From positions 1 through 64,000 of the IMG/VR virus record IMGVR_UViG_3300042503_002645: a stretch of 64,000 bases of DNA, one strand, 5' to 3'. This DNA comes from a virus. Made by a program: the position numbers and the translations under genes. Below the pieces are notes generated by a model, which saw only the letters and a program-made list of their open reading frames with translations, was not told where the DNA came from and searched no databases. This document shows, one piece after another, positions 62,388 to 64,000 of this stretch (position 1 is the first letter of the stretch; each line of letters starts with the position of its first letter).

Positions 62388-64000
62388 CCCGCCGTATGTC
62401 ACCAGTAGCTTCGCGATCAAGGCCGAGTTCACCACCGAAAGCGGCGTGGTTGAGTTTCGGGACATCCTCTCGTTCTCGGGCTCGTATGGCTTGAACACCG
62501 TGCCCGTCGCCACCCTGGTTGTCGCGACCGGCCGCGAGGCCAAGCAGAGCGGCAAGCTGGCCACGATTCACACGGCGCGCGACCAGCTGCGCCCGGGCGA
62601 CGAGGTCAAGGTCACGCTGACGATCACCGAGCACGACGGCCAGACTGGGCGCATGGACCAGGGCACGTACGTGATCTTCGAGGGCAAGTACGCCGGGATA
62701 GGCTACCAGCGGAGCTACAACCACGCGAACTACGTGCTGCACCTGGTTCACTGGCTCGACAACCTCAACCAGGGGTCGATGATCAACGGCAACTGGTTTC
62801 CCGGCGCGCCGTATGACATGGCTCAGAACGGCCTGTACATCGGCCTGGGACCGGTGCGCGAAGGCGCGGCGGGAGCTGAAAAGGGGCACCCGGTTCCGAA
62901 GATCGACACTGAGGGCAAGCTGATCAACCTCACAACGGTGCAGGAAGACCTGTGGGGCCAGGCTCTGCGGCCTGTGTTTGAGAAAATCGCCAAATGGCCG
63001 ACGCCGCGCTATCAGGATTCCGAACGCACGCAGAACGAGGAAGACAACAAGTATGTGCTGGCCGCGTTGAGCCGGATGCCGGGCAAGGGAGCGCAGTACT
63101 ACACGCCGTTGAAGCTCGATCTGTCGGGCATCCGATCCAAGAACACCGTAGAGGCCATCAAGTCCGCGCTGACCAAAGACGCGCTGGACTCGTTCGCCTA
63201 CACCACGTTTTGGAACAAGCTCGTCGGTGACTACGCGCCGCAGTTCTACTTTGCCATTTCACCGGCGGCCGAGTTCGCGCTCCCCGTGCCGTTCTTCGCT
63301 GGCCTTAAGACGCCCTACAAGACCATCAAGGCAAGCGAGTACAGTTACTCGAATTTTAATGCCAGCCAGGTCAGCGTGCTGGAGTCAGTGGATATCTTCT
63401 ACTCCGTTAACGGTGACACAGGACTCTTCGCAGGTGCCCCGCTGCCCGGCGCCCAGCAGCCGTCGTACAAACTCGTTCCGGGCTTTTATCCGCCGCGCGA
63501 TTTGCAGAAGAAGAACAAGCGCCGCGGCCTTAAGCTCATCAAAGAGCCGCCCACGTGGATGACAAACCTTTTGGCGGGCCCGGCCTTCGCCGGGCGCGCG
63601 AGCGGTGTTGGCGCGCCGGGCAAGTGCGTCTGCTCGCCAGCCGCGGGCAACACACAAATGCCCGCAGGGTTTGTCGGCGCAGGCGCGGTGCAGGTCGAAG
63701 TGCAGCAAAGCCAGGCCCTCACCCGGTTTGCCGAGCACTGGTACAAGACCGAGGTCCTATACCAGCGCCAGGGTGAGATGTCCGGCAAGCTGCGGTTCGA
63801 CATCGCGCCAGGCAGCGTCGTCGGCATCGAAACCGCCGACTACGACCTCGGCATGTACGACACGCTTTTCGCCACCGTGACGCAGGTTTCATACGCGATC
63901 AACGCCGAGCAAGCGACAGCGGGTACGAGCTTTTCTCTGGCGCACATCCGCTCGAGCAAAGAAAACGAAGAAGAGACGCTTGTTTCAGACCGCCCGCCCA
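62380..64000 (+). CDS. Baseplate hub protein (gp27/gpD-like), truncated by window end; absent from ORF track
   Basis: Open from ATG 62380 (MSSPPYVTSS...) to the end of the window. IFEG..AG and G.LRFDIAPGSVV.I...FATVTQVSYAI....T.F.L are typical of hub proteins. Confidence 0.65.
   Translation, partial: MSSPPYVTSSFAIKAEFTTESGVVEFRDILSFSGSYGLNTVPVATLVVATGREAKQSGKLATIHTARDQLRPGDEVKVTLTITEHDGQTGRMDQGTYVIFEGKYAGIGYQRSYNHANYVLHLVHWLDNLNQGSMINGNWFPGAPYDMAQNGLYIGLGPVREGAAGAEKGHPVPKIDTEGKLINLTTVQEDLWGQALRPVFEKIAKWPTPRYQDSERTQNEEDNKYVLAALSRMPGKGAQYYTPLKLDLSGIRSKNTVEAIKSALTKDALDSFAYTTFWNKLVGDYAPQFYFAISPAAEFALPVPFFAGLKTPYKTIKASEYSYSNFNASQVSVLESVDIFYSVNGDTGLFAGAPLPGAQQPSYKLVPGFYPPRDLQKKNKRRGLKLIKEPPTWMTNLLAGPAFAGRASGVGAPGKCVCSPAAGNTQMPAGFVGAGAVQVEVQQSQALTRFAEHWYKTEVLYQRQGEMSGKLRFDIAPGSVVGIETADYDLGMYDTLFATVTQVSYAINAEQATAGTSFSLAHIRSSKENEEETLVSDRPP

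Larger units (their letters stand above)
1..64000 (+). mobile_element. Segment of a large myovirus-type bacteriophage genome (accessory, lysis, RNAP, head and tail modules)
   Basis: All credible genes are on the + strand and tightly packed with ATGA/TGATG overlaps. Prohead protease, capsid, sheath, tube, tape measure and baseplate genes occur in phage order. No host core genes or integrase are seen. Confidence 0.95.

Noticed and set aside
49773-64000. T6SS, tailocin or extracellular contractile injection system
   Set aside because: Capsid, prohead protease, neck and tape measure genes are adjacent, which indicates a complete phage virion.
1-64000. CRISPR array, DGR/retron reverse transcriptase, integrase, or stop-codon recoding
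   Set aside because: No regularly spaced repeats and no RT or recombinase motifs. TAA, TAG and TGA all end genes cleanly with tight coupling. The palindrome copies are kilobases apart.

Overview
The whole window reads as one co-oriented (+ strand), GC-rich segment of a large contractile-tailed dsDNA phage (jumbo-type myovirus). No host housekeeping context, integrase, tRNA or CRISPR array is visible. From left to right it holds: (i) accessory genes (cupin, PhoH, two PD-(D/E)XK-like nucleases, a ferritin-like protein); (ii) a ~9 kb glycan-modification cluster (UDP-galactopyranose mutase, glycosyl- and methyltransferases, HAD hydrolases, with dCMP deaminase embedded); (iii) a ~305-nt highly structured non-coding element leading into holin-like, small membrane and TM-PAS genes; (iv) a multi-domain 2H-phosphoesterase/Nudix protein; (v) a membrane-protein/protease cassette with an MMP-like M10 peptidase and a papain-like C1 peptidase; (vi) a bacterial-type two-barrel RNA polymerase encoded as a beta+beta'(N) fusion plus a separate beta'(C) gene, cysteine-free and lacking both Zn sites, so probably virion-packaged; (vii) head genes (HK97-type prohead protease, scaffold, decoration protein, major capsid protein); and (viii) neck, sheath, tube, spike, chaperones, tape measure and baseplate genes, the last truncated at the window end. 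Three window-wide signals were read directly from the sequence: a K-x-A motif saturating head/core proteins (candidate maturation cleavage site), ANGGAN-hexaloop hairpins at many translation starts (CsrA/RsmA-like sites), and about 10 copies of the AT-rich palindrome (C)AAAGATATCTTT(G) in all three reading frames and in intergenic DNA. All product calls come from motif recognition by eye; no database search was run.
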